Shown here: in pieces, positions 9,285-19,463 of the stretch
Layout: every line of letters starts with the position of its first letter
Position numbering within the stretch: the first letter of the stretch is position 1
DNA from: a virus
Strand: one strand, 5' to 3'
IMG/VR virus record: IMGVR_UViG_3300046333_000120
Length of the DNA: 64,000 bases
Program-made: the position numbers and the translations under genes
The notes under the pieces: model-generated
The model's database searches: none
What the model was told of the DNA's origin: nothing
The model's input: the letters and a program-made list of their open reading frames with translations, nothing else

Positions 9285-10793
9285 TTGATTTTAACATTAA
9301 CGGAAGACAATCAATTTTTAAGAATTGATGAATCAACTGAACTTGAGTTAGAGCAGATTAGAATTTCTTTAACAAAACGTATTGACTCTTGGAGATTTAA
9401 TCCTTTAGTCAAACGAGGTGTGTGGGATGGTTATGTAACATATATTAAAGATGATAAATGGATTCCTGCAGGTCTATGGCGATATGTCATGGGAATATGT
9501 AAAGACTATAGATTTGAATTAAAAATTAATGGAATCAAACGATTAATAGATCCAAATATAAATGCAGAAACATTCGAAACATGGGCATATGGCCTATTTG
9601 AAGGTTCTAAGATAACTCCAAGGGATTACCAAGTAGATGCTGCATATAATATATTAAAATTTAGAAAGTGTCTTGCTGAACTCGCAACATCAGCAGGTAA
9701 GACCCTAATTAGTTTTCTTACAATATCTTATATGCTAGAAAAAGGAACAGCATCTAAGATATTATTTATAGTACCAAACGTTTCGCTAGTAGTACAAGCA
9801 CATGAGGATTTTCATGACTATAACTTTAAAAATAGAATTGACTTAAGAATTCAACAAATTTTTGCAGGACAAAAGATCAAATCTAATAAGAATATAGTTA
9901 TTGGTACTTACCAATCGTTAATCAAAAAGGATAAAGAATATTTTGAACAATTCGATGCAGTAATTGTAGATGAAACACATAAGGCAAAATCAGCAAGTAT
10001 TAAAACGATTTTACAAAAATGTACTAATGCTAAATATAGATTTGGTCTTTCAGGTACAATTCCAAAGGATGGAACTTTAGACAAATTAACATTAATGAGT
10101 CAAACTGGTCCTGTAATTGCAGAAGTTAAAGCAAGTTTTTTACAAAAAGAAGGACACATTGCCAAATGTGCAGTTAAAGTAATTGAAATGGATTATGCAA
10201 CTGACAAGCAAAAAACAGCATTAATGGAATTAGCTCAAAATAAATATGAGAATAAAGATGTATTTGCACTAGAACAAAACTTTGTTATAAATAATGCAGC
10301 ACGACTTGATTTTATTTCAAATGTAATAGGTAGAGTACCAAAGAATAGTTTAGTACTTTTTCATAGAATAGAGCATGGTCAAAGGCTTTATGAAAAACTT
10401 AGGCAAGAAACTAATAAGAGAGTATTTTATGTAGACGGTGGAACTGCAACTGATATTAGAGAGGAATACAAAAAGAAAATGGAATCCGGAGAAGAAATTG
10501 TTATTGTTGCAAGTTATGGAACCTTTTCAACAGGTATATCAATTAAGAAAATTCATAATATATTTTTTACAGAATCTTTTAAATCTGAAGTGATAATTAG
10601 ACAATCAATTGGACGTGGACTTAGACAACATGAATCAAAGGACAAGGTATTAATTGTAGATTTTGTGGATAATATTAGAACAGTAGAATGGGATAATTAT
10701 TTGTATAGACATGGCAAAGCAAGACAAGCAATATACAAACAAGAGAAATTTGAATACACCATAAAGAAAGTCAATTTTGAAGGAGATATATAA
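9285..10793 (+). CDS. uvsW: SF2 DNA helicase, UvsW-like
   Basis: PRDYQ, ATSAGKT, VDETH, GLSGT and QSIGRGLR motifs; TTG start. Confidence 0.9.
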   Translation: MILTLTEDNQFLRIDESTELELEQIRISLTKRIDSWRFNPLVKRGVWDGYVTYIKDDKWIPAGLWRYVMGICKDYRFELKINGIKRLIDPNINAETFETWAYGLFEGSKITPRDYQVDAAYNILKFRKCLAELATSAGKTLISFLTISYMLEKGTASKILFIVPNVSLVVQAHEDFHDYNFKNRIDLRIQQIFAGQKIKSNKNIVIGTYQSLIKKDKEYFEQFDAVIVDETHKAKSASIKTILQKCTNAKYRFGLSGTIPKDGTLDKLTLMSQTGPVIAEVKASFLQKEGHIAKCAVKVIEMDYATDKQKTALMELAQNKYENKDVFALEQNFVINNAARLDFISNVIGRVPKNSLVLFHRIEHGQRLYEKLRQETNKRVFYVDGGTATDIREEYKKKMESGEEIVIVASYGTFSTGISIKKIHNIFFTESFKSEVIIRQSIGRGLRQHESKDKVLIVDFVDNIRTVEWDNYLYRHGKARQAIYKQEKFEYTIKKVNFEGDI

Positions 10794-10825
10794 ATATAAT
10801 AACGTAATAAAAAAACAAATTAAAA

Positions 10826-12775
10826 ATGGCAGAAGTTAATAGAATCTCATCATTTAAAAGTTTTTCAGAGATTAAATCTCAAGAAAATGAAACTAAATTA
10901 AGAGAAGAAAACAATCTAAAGAAACAAGAAACACTATCTAAAATTGAAGAAATTTTAGATGAGATGGGATTAACAAATCTATCTGAAATCGATGAAGATT
11001 CTCAGACAGCTTTCATATCTAAATTGTTAGGTAAAGAAACGAATGAAGGTAATGCATTTGTATATGCTGCAGGTAAAGCTAAGGCAGATGGGAAAAAAGA
11101 ATTTGAATTTAATGGTAAAACTTATAAAGTAACTATTAAAGACACTGGCATCAAAGAAGATAATGAGATTATCGATGAAGCAATTAGCAGAAGTATATAT
11201 GATAGAATGGATGGACTTCACAATATTAAAGCTATGAAATCTTTAATTGATTCTGCGAAGACTATCTTTGATGATTTATCTGAAGAAATGTTTGAATTTG
11301 ATGAAATCTGTGATTTCATTGTAATGAAAATAAAGAAAAGTAAATTAGCAGGAATGTATGAATCTGTAAATGAAGCAAGAATTAAAGCTCCTACTGCACT
11401 TCAAGAAATTATTGATGGCAATACATCAAGAGCTGAAGGTATTAAATTATCAAAACCAATGGCTGAACATATATTGAATTGGATTAATACATCAGCGTAT
11501 GGTAAAAAGTATGGCAAAGATTTACCGTTAAACATGGTTATTAAGGCTTCATTTAGTTGGGGTATTGAAAGAGGTTTAGATCCTAAATTGAAATCTGAAT
11601 TAGATACATTAAAAGATAGTATTAAAGAATCTGTAATCAATGAAGCCAAAGTTAAGCAATTTGATGCTGACTTTAATGACATGGTTAAAAATATCAAATC
11701 AGGTTATGGTTGGATTGATCCAGAATATGTCGCAGATACTTGGGAAAATTCAAGTGACTCTGTTGATTTTGAATTAGTTAAAGGAGAAATCTACAAAAGA
11801 TTAATTGCAGCAGGTTTATTAGCATATCCAAATCCAGATGATGAAGAAAAGAAAGGTGTGCCTGTTAGAAAATTGCAAGAACTTGGTATTAAAGAATCTA
11901 TTACAAACGAAGCAACTGTTGAAGTAGATGCAACAGATCCTAAAGATAAAAACCTTGCAAAACTATTAAAGAAACATAAAGTTTCGTTGGAAGTAATCAA
12001 TAAAAATGGACCATCCGGATGGCCTGAAGTTAAATTAACAGGAGATATTAAAGATCTTAAAGCAGTTTTAGCAGATTCTGAATATGGATGGGATGATGAA
12101 GGCTTAGCAGATTATATTGAAGAATCAGTAGTTAATGAAGCTGAGAAATTTAAAAGTACTAAAGACTTTGAAGATTTCTTAGAAGAAATTGATGGTATGC
12201 CAGAGAACAGAATCAAAAGAATCATGGGTAAAGATTATATCGATACTCCAGGTGGATATAGAGATGAAGCTGATGATTATGATAACGATATTACAGAATA
12301 CATGATTTCTAACATGGGTAAATCTGATTTTAATGAACTTAAAACATGGTGGGAAACCAATGTTGCTGAATCATTTATTAGTGAATCAAGTATGGGAGAA
12401 ATCGATCAAATGGCACAAGATGCTAAAGATTTCAAATCATTTGTAAAAGAATTTACAAAAAAATACCATGATTTATCCAATACAGGAGAACCTGGACAAT
12501 TTAAAGAATGGTTACAATCTGCTTATGATGCAGCAAAAGAAAACATGGATGAATCATCAGTTACTGAAGCTGAAGTTAGTTCTGATGATGAATTTAAAGA
12601 ATATGCAATGGCTGTTTTGAAAAAAGCATTTGGAGAAGACTTTGATGAAGCTAAGGCTGGTGAAGTAGTTGATGGAATTCTTAAAAAATGTGATGGAGAC
12701 TATGGCGCATGTGTTGGAATGCTAACAAGTTCTCTTGGAGAATCGAATGATACCACATCATCTCAAGAATCTTAA
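10826..12775 (+). CDS. multidomain putative internal head polyprotein (649 aa)
   Basis: About 9 unrelated 45-90 aa segments separated by ES-x-x-(N/S/T)E|A linkers; late motif at 10785. Confidence 0.6.
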   Translation: MAEVNRISSFKSFSEIKSQENETKLREENNLKKQETLSKIEEILDEMGLTNLSEIDEDSQTAFISKLLGKETNEGNAFVYAAGKAKADGKKEFEFNGKTYKVTIKDTGIKEDNEIIDEAISRSIYDRMDGLHNIKAMKSLIDSAKTIFDDLSEEMFEFDEICDFIVMKIKKSKLAGMYESVNEARIKAPTALQEIIDGNTSRAEGIKLSKPMAEHILNWINTSAYGKKYGKDLPLNMVIKASFSWGIERGLDPKLKSELDTLKDSIKESVINEAKVKQFDADFNDMVKNIKSGYGWIDPEYVADTWENSSDSVDFELVKGEIYKRLIAAGLLAYPNPDDEEKKGVPVRKLQELGIKESITNEATVEVDATDPKDKNLAKLLKKHKVSLEVINKNGPSGWPEVKLTGDIKDLKAVLADSEYGWDDEGLADYIEESVVNEAEKFKSTKDFEDFLEEIDGMPENRIKRIMGKDYIDTPGGYRDEADDYDNDITEYMISNMGKSDFNELKTWWETNVAESFISESSMGEIDQMAQDAKDFKSFVKEFTKKYHDLSNTGEPGQFKEWLQSAYDAAKENMDESSVTEAEVSSDDEFKEYAMAVLKKAFGEDFDEAKAGEVVDGILKKCDGDYGACVGMLTSSLGESNDTTSSQES

Positions 12776-12791
12776 AATAATTTGAATAAAT

Positions 12792-12827
12792 AATATGACC
12801 TGGATTTTTTCTAGGTCATATTTTTTT
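12792..12827 (+). terminator. intrinsic terminator
   Basis: AATATGACCTGG / CTAGGTCATATT stem followed by a T-run. Confidence 0.75.
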
Positions 12828-12841
12828 ATTATATTTACAAT

Positions 12842-14128
12842 ATGAAATCAAAAATCCTTAATTTTAATCAGTTTTTAACTGAAAAATACGAAGTAAGATT
12901 AAATGAACAACTCCTATTAGAAGGAGGTGCTGCAGGACATATGTCTCATCCATTTGATGAAAGAGACCTTACATTTAGTGACTTTAAGAAAATAATCGAA
13001 GCAGGTCTTTCGGGAGATTTAACATTTGAAGAAGATCCAACTGAAAAAACAGATGGACAGAATGTCTTTGCTACTGTCCAAGATGGTCAAGTTAAATTTG
13101 CAAGAAATAAAACTGAACTTAAGAATCCAATGGATCTTAATACATTTAAACAGAAATTTACAGGACATCCAAGCAAAATGGTTGAAGAGACATTTCAATT
13201 TGCTGCAGAAGATTTAGCACATGCACTTATTAAATTGTCAGCCAAAGATTTAGAAGCATTTGATAATGGTAAGAATTTCATGAATATGGAGCTTATATAT
13301 TCTAAGAATCCTAATGTTATTTATTACGATAGAGACATCATACAGTTTCATGGGATTAAAATAACTGACGGTGAGGGTAATATTATCGGAGATGATAATA
13401 AATATGCTAGATCTATTGCAAAGGCCTTAGAAGATGTCAAGGCACACATAGGAAAGGTATTTACTATTATTCCTCCACAAATTATCAAGATAGGTAAGGA
13501 TATAGATTTTAATATTAATAAATCCAAATTTATTAAAAAGGTAGAAGACTTAAAGAATCGTTATAAATTAACAGATGCCGATGAGGTTTCTAAATATCAT
13601 GAAATGTGGTGGAGAGAATTAATAGACCAAAATTTCCCAGATTTAACACAGGATTTTAAAGAAGGTTTATTATTAAGATGGGCATATGATGATAAGAAAA
13701 CTCTTAATTTAAGAAGTTTAGATAAAGAACTTGGAAAAGATAAAGCAGAACTTATTAAGAAGTTTGATAAAGAAGATGTTAAAAAGAAATATAAAGAAAA
13801 CATTAGACCATTTGAGGATTTATTTCTTGAATTAGGAAGTGTTATCTTAAAGAATGCAAGTAACTTTGTTGCTGCAAACCCAAAGGCAGAAATGCAAAGA
13901 TTACATACCCAGATTAGAACAGAAGCTGAAAATATTAAATTGAATGGTGATACTGCTCAAATTGATAAAGTAATGTCAGAGCTTGAAAGACTTGATAGAA
14001 TTGGAGGTATTGAATCAATTATTCCTACTGAAGGTATTGTATTTGTTTACAAAGGAAAAACTATGAAACTTACAGGTACATTTGCTGCCATCAATCAATT
14101 AATGGGTATCATTAAGTATGGTAGATAA
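12842..14128 (+). CDS. ATP-dependent ligase-like nucleotidyltransferase (RNA ligase/capping superfamily) with capsid-targeting-like leader
   Basis: Motif I EKTDGQN, motif III-like NMELIY, motif IV EGIVF, motif V MKLT. Leader MKSKILNFNQFLTE...LLLE|GG. Confidence 0.6.
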   Translation: MKSKILNFNQFLTEKYEVRLNEQLLLEGGAAGHMSHPFDERDLTFSDFKKIIEAGLSGDLTFEEDPTEKTDGQNVFATVQDGQVKFARNKTELKNPMDLNTFKQKFTGHPSKMVEETFQFAAEDLAHALIKLSAKDLEAFDNGKNFMNMELIYSKNPNVIYYDRDIIQFHGIKITDGEGNIIGDDNKYARSIAKALEDVKAHIGKVFTIIPPQIIKIGKDIDFNINKSKFIKKVEDLKNRYKLTDADEVSKYHEMWWRELIDQNFPDLTQDFKEGLLLRWAYDDKKTLNLRSLDKELGKDKAELIKKFDKEDVKKKYKENIRPFEDLFLELGSVILKNASNFVAANPKAEMQRLHTQIRTEAENIKLNGDTAQIDKVMSELERLDRIGGIESIIPTEGIVFVYKGKTMKLTGTFAAINQLMGIIKYGR

Positions 14129-14146
14129 ATAAAATAAATAATAGAC

Positions 14147-14464
14147 ATGAAATATACACAAGCGTTTGAATCATTTATTAATGAAGCTACTGATAAACCA
14201 ACTTTAGATTCTTCAACTGGATTAATCTATTACTTCGATATTCCTTTCACATCAGAAGATATGGAAGAATTATTAAGTGCAAGTAAAATGGTATTAAATG
14301 GAAAATTTACTCCAAATAAACAGTTTGAAATCCAACCGATGATTTTTATTAAAGATAAAGTTAATGGTGGAGAACATACATTTAGTGTTACACAAATTGG
14401 ATTATTAGGCTCTTTTTATAATAAGAACAAAGACAGTGTTGCATCTAGATCAGATTTCAATTAA
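14147..14464 (+). CDS. small putative internal head protein
   Basis: Begins MKYTQAFESFINE|A; GATAAATAA at 14124. Confidence 0.5.
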   Translation: MKYTQAFESFINEATDKPTLDSSTGLIYYFDIPFTSEDMEELLSASKMVLNGKFTPNKQFEIQPMIFIKDKVNGGEHTFSVTQIGLLGSFYNKNKDSVASRSDFN

Positions 14465-14479
14465 TATAATTTAATAAAA

Positions 14480-16375
14480 ATGGCATTACAAAAATTAAGA
14501 GAGTATTTTAACGAAACCAATAGAGAAAATTTTATTGAAATGTTAAAAAGTAGGGTGTTAGTGACTGAAAAGATTGCAGCACCATCTTTTCTTTTTAAAA
14601 GAAATACAGATGGATTTGAGTTTTATAAGTCTTCAACATCAGATAAATTAAATTTTATTGATAGAACAGTTATATCACTATATGAAATGGCAATTAATCA
14701 TTTACAGAGTTTACCAAGCGATGTAAAATCTCAGTTTCCATTAGATTGGAAATTTGGATTTGAATATTTACCAGAAACCAAAGCGTCTAATATAGATTAT
14801 GCCACAACTCCAACCAATAGTTTAATTCTTACACACATTCAACAATTGAGTGAAGGTGGAAAACTTAGAAAAACTATTAATGATCCATTAATTTTAAATA
14901 AATGGGCTAAATTATTAGAAGTGCAATCTCCCAGTGTTATTTTTGATGGTTATATGTCACAACAACAAAGAGATGAACTTCTAACCGTATTATCAATGAG
15001 TGATAGAGAATTCTCAGATTCATTTGATTACGCAATAGAAACTGAAGATAAAACAAGTTTCACTTCAAAGATATTTAAGATGTTTAATCCAAATATCTAT
15101 TCAACTGCACTAAATCCAGATCTTGAAACTGAAATTGATGGATTAGTTATAAACTTCATAGAAGCAAAAACAATGAAGTCATTTAAACTTGAAGATTTTT
15201 TAAGAGCTTCCGCTGATAAAAGAGATTTAAGAGCTTCTAGCCATACTTACCAAATTGCTGTAACTGATTTCTTAGAGTATATCATACAGCAAGATCTGAA
15301 CGATATTAATTTAGAAGATGAACATGCCGATCATAGATACTTAGAATTAATGTCAGTTTTATTTAATGGATATATTGATAAAAATTCTTCAAAATATATT
15401 GGTGTTAATTTTGAAAGTGCAGAATTTTCAGAAGCACAATCATTTAGATTAAATACCAAATATATTAAAAATGAAAAAACATTAAAATTTGTAAATAATG
15501 AAGTACTTGCTGAATTATTTAAAATGGTTTTAAGTTCTTTTAGAAAGAAAAGAACTAAAGAATCAGACTTAATTGACAAAGATACAATGTCAAGAATGAA
15601 TGAAATTATTGATGCAATTAATGAAAAGATATTTGTAGAAAATACAGATGAAAATGCAATATACGATTATACTAATTTTATGTTACATAATAAGATTAAA
15701 TCTTCAGTAAATTTAAATGAAGCTCTTACAGTAAAACACATGGAACAAGGTAAACAACCCGTAAATATGTTTGTTGGTAGATTTCAACCATTCACATTAG
15801 GGCACGCTAAGGTATTAGAAACAATGAATAAGGAAAATGGATTTCCAGTAGTTGTATTTTTAGTTAAATCTAAGGTTAAAAAGGGCGAGGAGTTTAGTAA
15901 ACCATACGATGAAAAAACACAAGTTGATATGTTTAATCATGTCAAAAAACAATATCCTTTTTTAAAGGAAATATATGTTGTTCCTAATGCTGCAATCGAT
16001 ACATTATATAATGAGATGAGACCGAAATATGAACCAGTATTATGGGGAACAGGATCTGATAGAATGAAAGGATATGGATATATGGTTAATAATGATTCTT
16101 ATAGAGACCAATTAAATGCTAGGGCAGATTTTGGATTATTTGAGATTCCAAGAACAGACGATAATATTTCAGCAACCAAGGTTAGAAACGCAATGTTAGA
16201 TGGAAATGAAAAAGATTTTCAGACAATGACACCTAAAGCTATTCATGGAATGTATAAAGAATTAAAGTCAAAATTAGAAGATGCTATTGGAGTTGTTCAC
16301 GAAAATATTGAAAATTCAGAAGAAATCATGACATTTGAACAATTCATAAATAAATCTAAATATATAATCTTATAA
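14480..16375 (+). CDS. two-domain protein: degenerate ligase-like N-domain plus HxGH-family (cytidylyl/NMN-adenylyl) nucleotidyltransferase
   Basis: C-domain has VGRFQPFTLGH, GTGSDR and ISATKVR. N-domain has VTEKI and EIDGLVI, which resemble ligase motifs I and IV but lack the KxDG Asp-Gly. Confidence 0.65.
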   Translation: MALQKLREYFNETNRENFIEMLKSRVLVTEKIAAPSFLFKRNTDGFEFYKSSTSDKLNFIDRTVISLYEMAINHLQSLPSDVKSQFPLDWKFGFEYLPETKASNIDYATTPTNSLILTHIQQLSEGGKLRKTINDPLILNKWAKLLEVQSPSVIFDGYMSQQQRDELLTVLSMSDREFSDSFDYAIETEDKTSFTSKIFKMFNPNIYSTALNPDLETEIDGLVINFIEAKTMKSFKLEDFLRASADKRDLRASSHTYQIAVTDFLEYIIQQDLNDINLEDEHADHRYLELMSVLFNGYIDKNSSKYIGVNFESAEFSEAQSFRLNTKYIKNEKTLKFVNNEVLAELFKMVLSSFRKKRTKESDLIDKDTMSRMNEIIDAINEKIFVENTDENAIYDYTNFMLHNKIKSSVNLNEALTVKHMEQGKQPVNMFVGRFQPFTLGHAKVLETMNKENGFPVVVFLVKSKVKKGEEFSKPYDEKTQVDMFNHVKKQYPFLKEIYVVPNAAIDTLYNEMRPKYEPVLWGTGSDRMKGYGYMVNNDSYRDQLNARADFGLFEIPRTDDNISATKVRNAMLDGNEKDFQTMTPKAIHGMYKELKSKLEDAIGVVHENIENSEEIMTFEQFINKSKYIIL

Positions 16376-16391
16376 AATAAAATTAAAATAA

Positions 16392-18500
16392 ATGAGCACA
16401 TTTGATAAATATCTAAATGACATGAATAATACGTTAAATGAGAGGTCAATTAACAAAATTCAAGCAGAATTTACAGATGTAGTAACTAAAATGTCAGCAA
16501 TGGCAAAAGAATATGCTACTACAGAAGGAGATGAAAAAACAAATATTCTTACAGAATTAAAAGGATTAACTGCAAAGAAAAATGAGTTAATAAAGGAACT
16601 CGATAATGCAGTAGCAGGAAAGGATAAAGATGTCCAATTAGCTATTAAAGAATCTGAAATTAATGAAGCATATGGAAGCTCTAATCCTCATGCAAAACCA
16701 GCGGGTCTTGATAAAGAAGAAACTATGGTTATAGCTCAAAAATTTGCAGATGCAATGTCTAAAGCAGAAGGAGCTAAAGTTACTGTAAATAAAAGAACAT
16801 TAGAGGAAGATTCATTTGATTTAGATTACAATGGAGAAGAATTTGATGGAGGTTCATATAACATCTACCAAAATGGAAATGTTATGAATATGGCATTAAG
16901 AGATAATCCAGTATATGGTAGAAAAAACGATAGTGTAGATACTATTGCAAAGAATATGAAAAAATTCATGAGCGAATCAGTAGCTAATGAAGGTAGACAT
17001 ATTACTCTTAAAAGACAATACACTGGAAACCATCCTGCAACCACCGTTGGAAAAATTGCAGCTGTTAGAAATAAAGTGTTAGAGGCAATTAAAGATGGTA
17101 AAATACCACAAGAACAATTTGAAAAAATAGTTTCTGAAATTTCTAATAACTCTAAAAGATGGACAAAAAATAACTCAAAATATTTTACAATATCAGAAGA
17201 CGGTGTTTCACTTTCTGGTTTTGGTAAAAAAGTACTTTCAAGTATAACAGTTAATGAAGCAGATTTTAAAGAATTTCCAAAAGGTTATAATCCAGAAATA
17301 TGGGTACCTGGTAATTTTGATAAAGCTATTTCCAAATATTCAAATGCAAAATTAACTAGAAAAATTGTATTGGATGCTGCTAAAAAATGGGATGTTACAC
17401 CCGAAGATGCTATTAATTATGTAGAATTTGGATGGCATGTAGATTTATCAGAAAATATAAATATAAATATAAATATGAAAACAAAATTTATTTACGAATC
17501 ATTTAGCGAATTCATTGGAGCTTTAAATGAATCTAATGAAATATTAAATGAAGCATTTGCTTCTACAAAACTTGCAAGTCTTTTAACAGGCGCAAATGCA
17601 ATGCCAAAGGATCTTCCTGCTGCATTCTATAATATGTCAAAATTAGCTCTTGACAAAATTCAAGACATTGATATTCTAGAAATGACACCAGATCAAGCAA
17701 AGAAAGAAAAAAGAACAAAGGCAATTTATTTATATTTTACAACAAATGAAAAAGAAAACCCATATGCGGGTAGCCGCTCCGGAGCAGCAAATGCATTAAT
17801 CCCATCAAACACATTATTAGCTATCACTGATGGTTCTAATGAATGGATGAATACTGAATGGACTAGAAAATTTACCAGTAAATCATCAAAAACTTTGAAA
17901 ACTACAAAAAGAGATGATTCCGCTGGATTTAGTAAATCAGGAGCAAGCGATCAATATGGTACTGGTATTTCAAGTATGAAACAAGTTGCTGAACTTGCAG
18001 ATAGAGCATATTGCTTAGACCTTACCATTTTGCAAGCAAGATATTCTACACAAAATCTTAAAGATGAAAGAGATGCTGCAAGAAAAGGTGCTACTGCATT
18101 CATGAATGATAAGGAATTTAAAGCTGAAAACAAAGCAAGGTACAATGATATTTTAGCAACTAAAGCATCATCAATGCCAATGGATTCTGTAGTTTCAGGT
18201 GCTATCGATACTCTTTCTTTACAGATTAAAAACGCAATAGCTAAAGGTGAAAAAGGAAGATATGGAGATCTTTTAATTGGATTAGATCCACGCGGAAAAG
18301 AAGTTAAACTATCAGATGCTTCTAATTTAATGAGAAATATTTTAGATACCTATTCAAGATATGTTGGAGATGTTGCTAATGATGAAAAAGAAAAAGCAGC
18401 AGGATATACTGGAAATTATTATGCAGGTAGTTTAAAAAACCATGCAAAAGATATACAGGACAATGTTAAAAAAATAGATACACTAAGTTACGGTTGGTAA
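16392..18500 (+). CDS. multidomain putative internal head polyprotein (702 aa)
   Basis: Leader MSTFDKYLND...TLNE; linkers ESEINE|A, ESVANE|G, ITVNE|A and EILNE|A; a second internal leader at 17475. Confidence 0.55.
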   Translation: MSTFDKYLNDMNNTLNERSINKIQAEFTDVVTKMSAMAKEYATTEGDEKTNILTELKGLTAKKNELIKELDNAVAGKDKDVQLAIKESEINEAYGSSNPHAKPAGLDKEETMVIAQKFADAMSKAEGAKVTVNKRTLEEDSFDLDYNGEEFDGGSYNIYQNGNVMNMALRDNPVYGRKNDSVDTIAKNMKKFMSESVANEGRHITLKRQYTGNHPATTVGKIAAVRNKVLEAIKDGKIPQEQFEKIVSEISNNSKRWTKNNSKYFTISEDGVSLSGFGKKVLSSITVNEADFKEFPKGYNPEIWVPGNFDKAISKYSNAKLTRKIVLDAAKKWDVTPEDAINYVEFGWHVDLSENINININMKTKFIYESFSEFIGALNESNEILNEAFASTKLASLLTGANAMPKDLPAAFYNMSKLALDKIQDIDILEMTPDQAKKEKRTKAIYLYFTTNEKENPYAGSRSGAANALIPSNTLLAITDGSNEWMNTEWTRKFTSKSSKTLKTTKRDDSAGFSKSGASDQYGTGISSMKQVAELADRAYCLDLTILQARYSTQNLKDERDAARKGATAFMNDKEFKAENKARYNDILATKASSMPMDSVVSGAIDTLSLQIKNAIAKGEKGRYGDLLIGLDPRGKEVKLSDASNLMRNILDTYSRYVGDVANDEKEKAAGYTGNYYAGSLKNHAKDIQDNVKKIDTLSYGW

Positions 18501-18514
18501 AAAATAATAAAATT

Positions 18515-19066
18515 ATGAAACATATTAAATTATATGAAGACTTTTTAATAACTGAAAAGGCGTATCAATTAACAGGATCTTATGGTGCAAAGGGTATTAT
18601 TGGAAAAGTTGCATTTGCATTTAAAAAAGAAGTTGAACGTACTCAATATGATGGAAATGTTAAATCAACGATAGATGACTTAAACGATGTATGGTCTATT
18701 TGGGCAAATAAAGATGGTTCTAAAATAATTGAAGCTGAAGTAATGAAGCAAGTTAAAAATAAAGAATCCATTGTTTATATTATGGCTACATTAAATAATT
18801 ATAAATGGATCGCAGATAAGGTTAATGGAGTAAATAACCCAGAACGGGCAGAATTATTATCAAGATTTCCTGGAGATTTTGTAATTAATGTGGGATTTGC
18901 GGATGATGTAAATGCTAATAAATATTCAAAAAAATTAGGTGGTATGGCAAATACTGCACTAGCTTCAAGCGCAGATACTGAAGTTCTAGGAAGATTTGAT
19001 GCTTCTGTAGGATATAATAATGTTGAAATCAGAGGATCTTTATTTTTAACAATAGATGCAAAATAA
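18515..19066 (+). CDS. putative internal head protein
   Basis: In-frame ATG at 18515 gives MKHIKLYEDFLITE; preferred over the overlapping TTG start. Confidence 0.55.
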   Translation: MKHIKLYEDFLITEKAYQLTGSYGAKGIIGKVAFAFKKEVERTQYDGNVKSTIDDLNDVWSIWANKDGSKIIEAEVMKQVKNKESIVYIMATLNNYKWIADKVNGVNNPERAELLSRFPGDFVINVGFADDVNANKYSKKLGGMANTALASSADTEVLGRFDASVGYNNVEIRGSLFLTIDAK

Positions 19067-19077
19067 ATAAATAAACA

Positions 19078-19461
19078 ATGAAACACTTTAAACTATTTGA
19101 ACAATTTGTAAATGAAAATTTAAATCTAAGTTCAGCGGATTTCGCAAAGTATATAATAGATACTGTTGCTAAAAAATACCCATGGGCAGAGGTTACCAAA
19201 CAGGAATTAGGTAGGGCGCCTTACCCAGATTCAATCACATTTGACGGTGCTGTTGAAATTTATTGGATGGAAGGACCTGATAATCAAACAAACTCTATGA
19301 TTGGAGTAGTATCTAAAGGAAAATGGCAAAGAAATAGTGATAGACCAACATTTGGTCCTGAAATCCAAAAAACCACTAAATGGAATAGACAGGATATTGG
19401 GGTAAAAAACTTATTAGCTGCATTAAAGACAAATAGTTCAAATTCACCTGTAAATAACTAA
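19078..19461 (+). CDS. putative internal head protein
   Basis: Begins MKHFKLFEQFVNE. Confidence 0.55.
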   Translation: MKHFKLFEQFVNENLNLSSADFAKYIIDTVAKKYPWAEVTKQELGRAPYPDSITFDGAVEIYWMEGPDNQTNSMIGVVSKGKWQRNSDRPTFGPEIQKTTKWNRQDIGVKNLLAALKTNSSNSPVNN

Positions 19462-19463
19462 TC

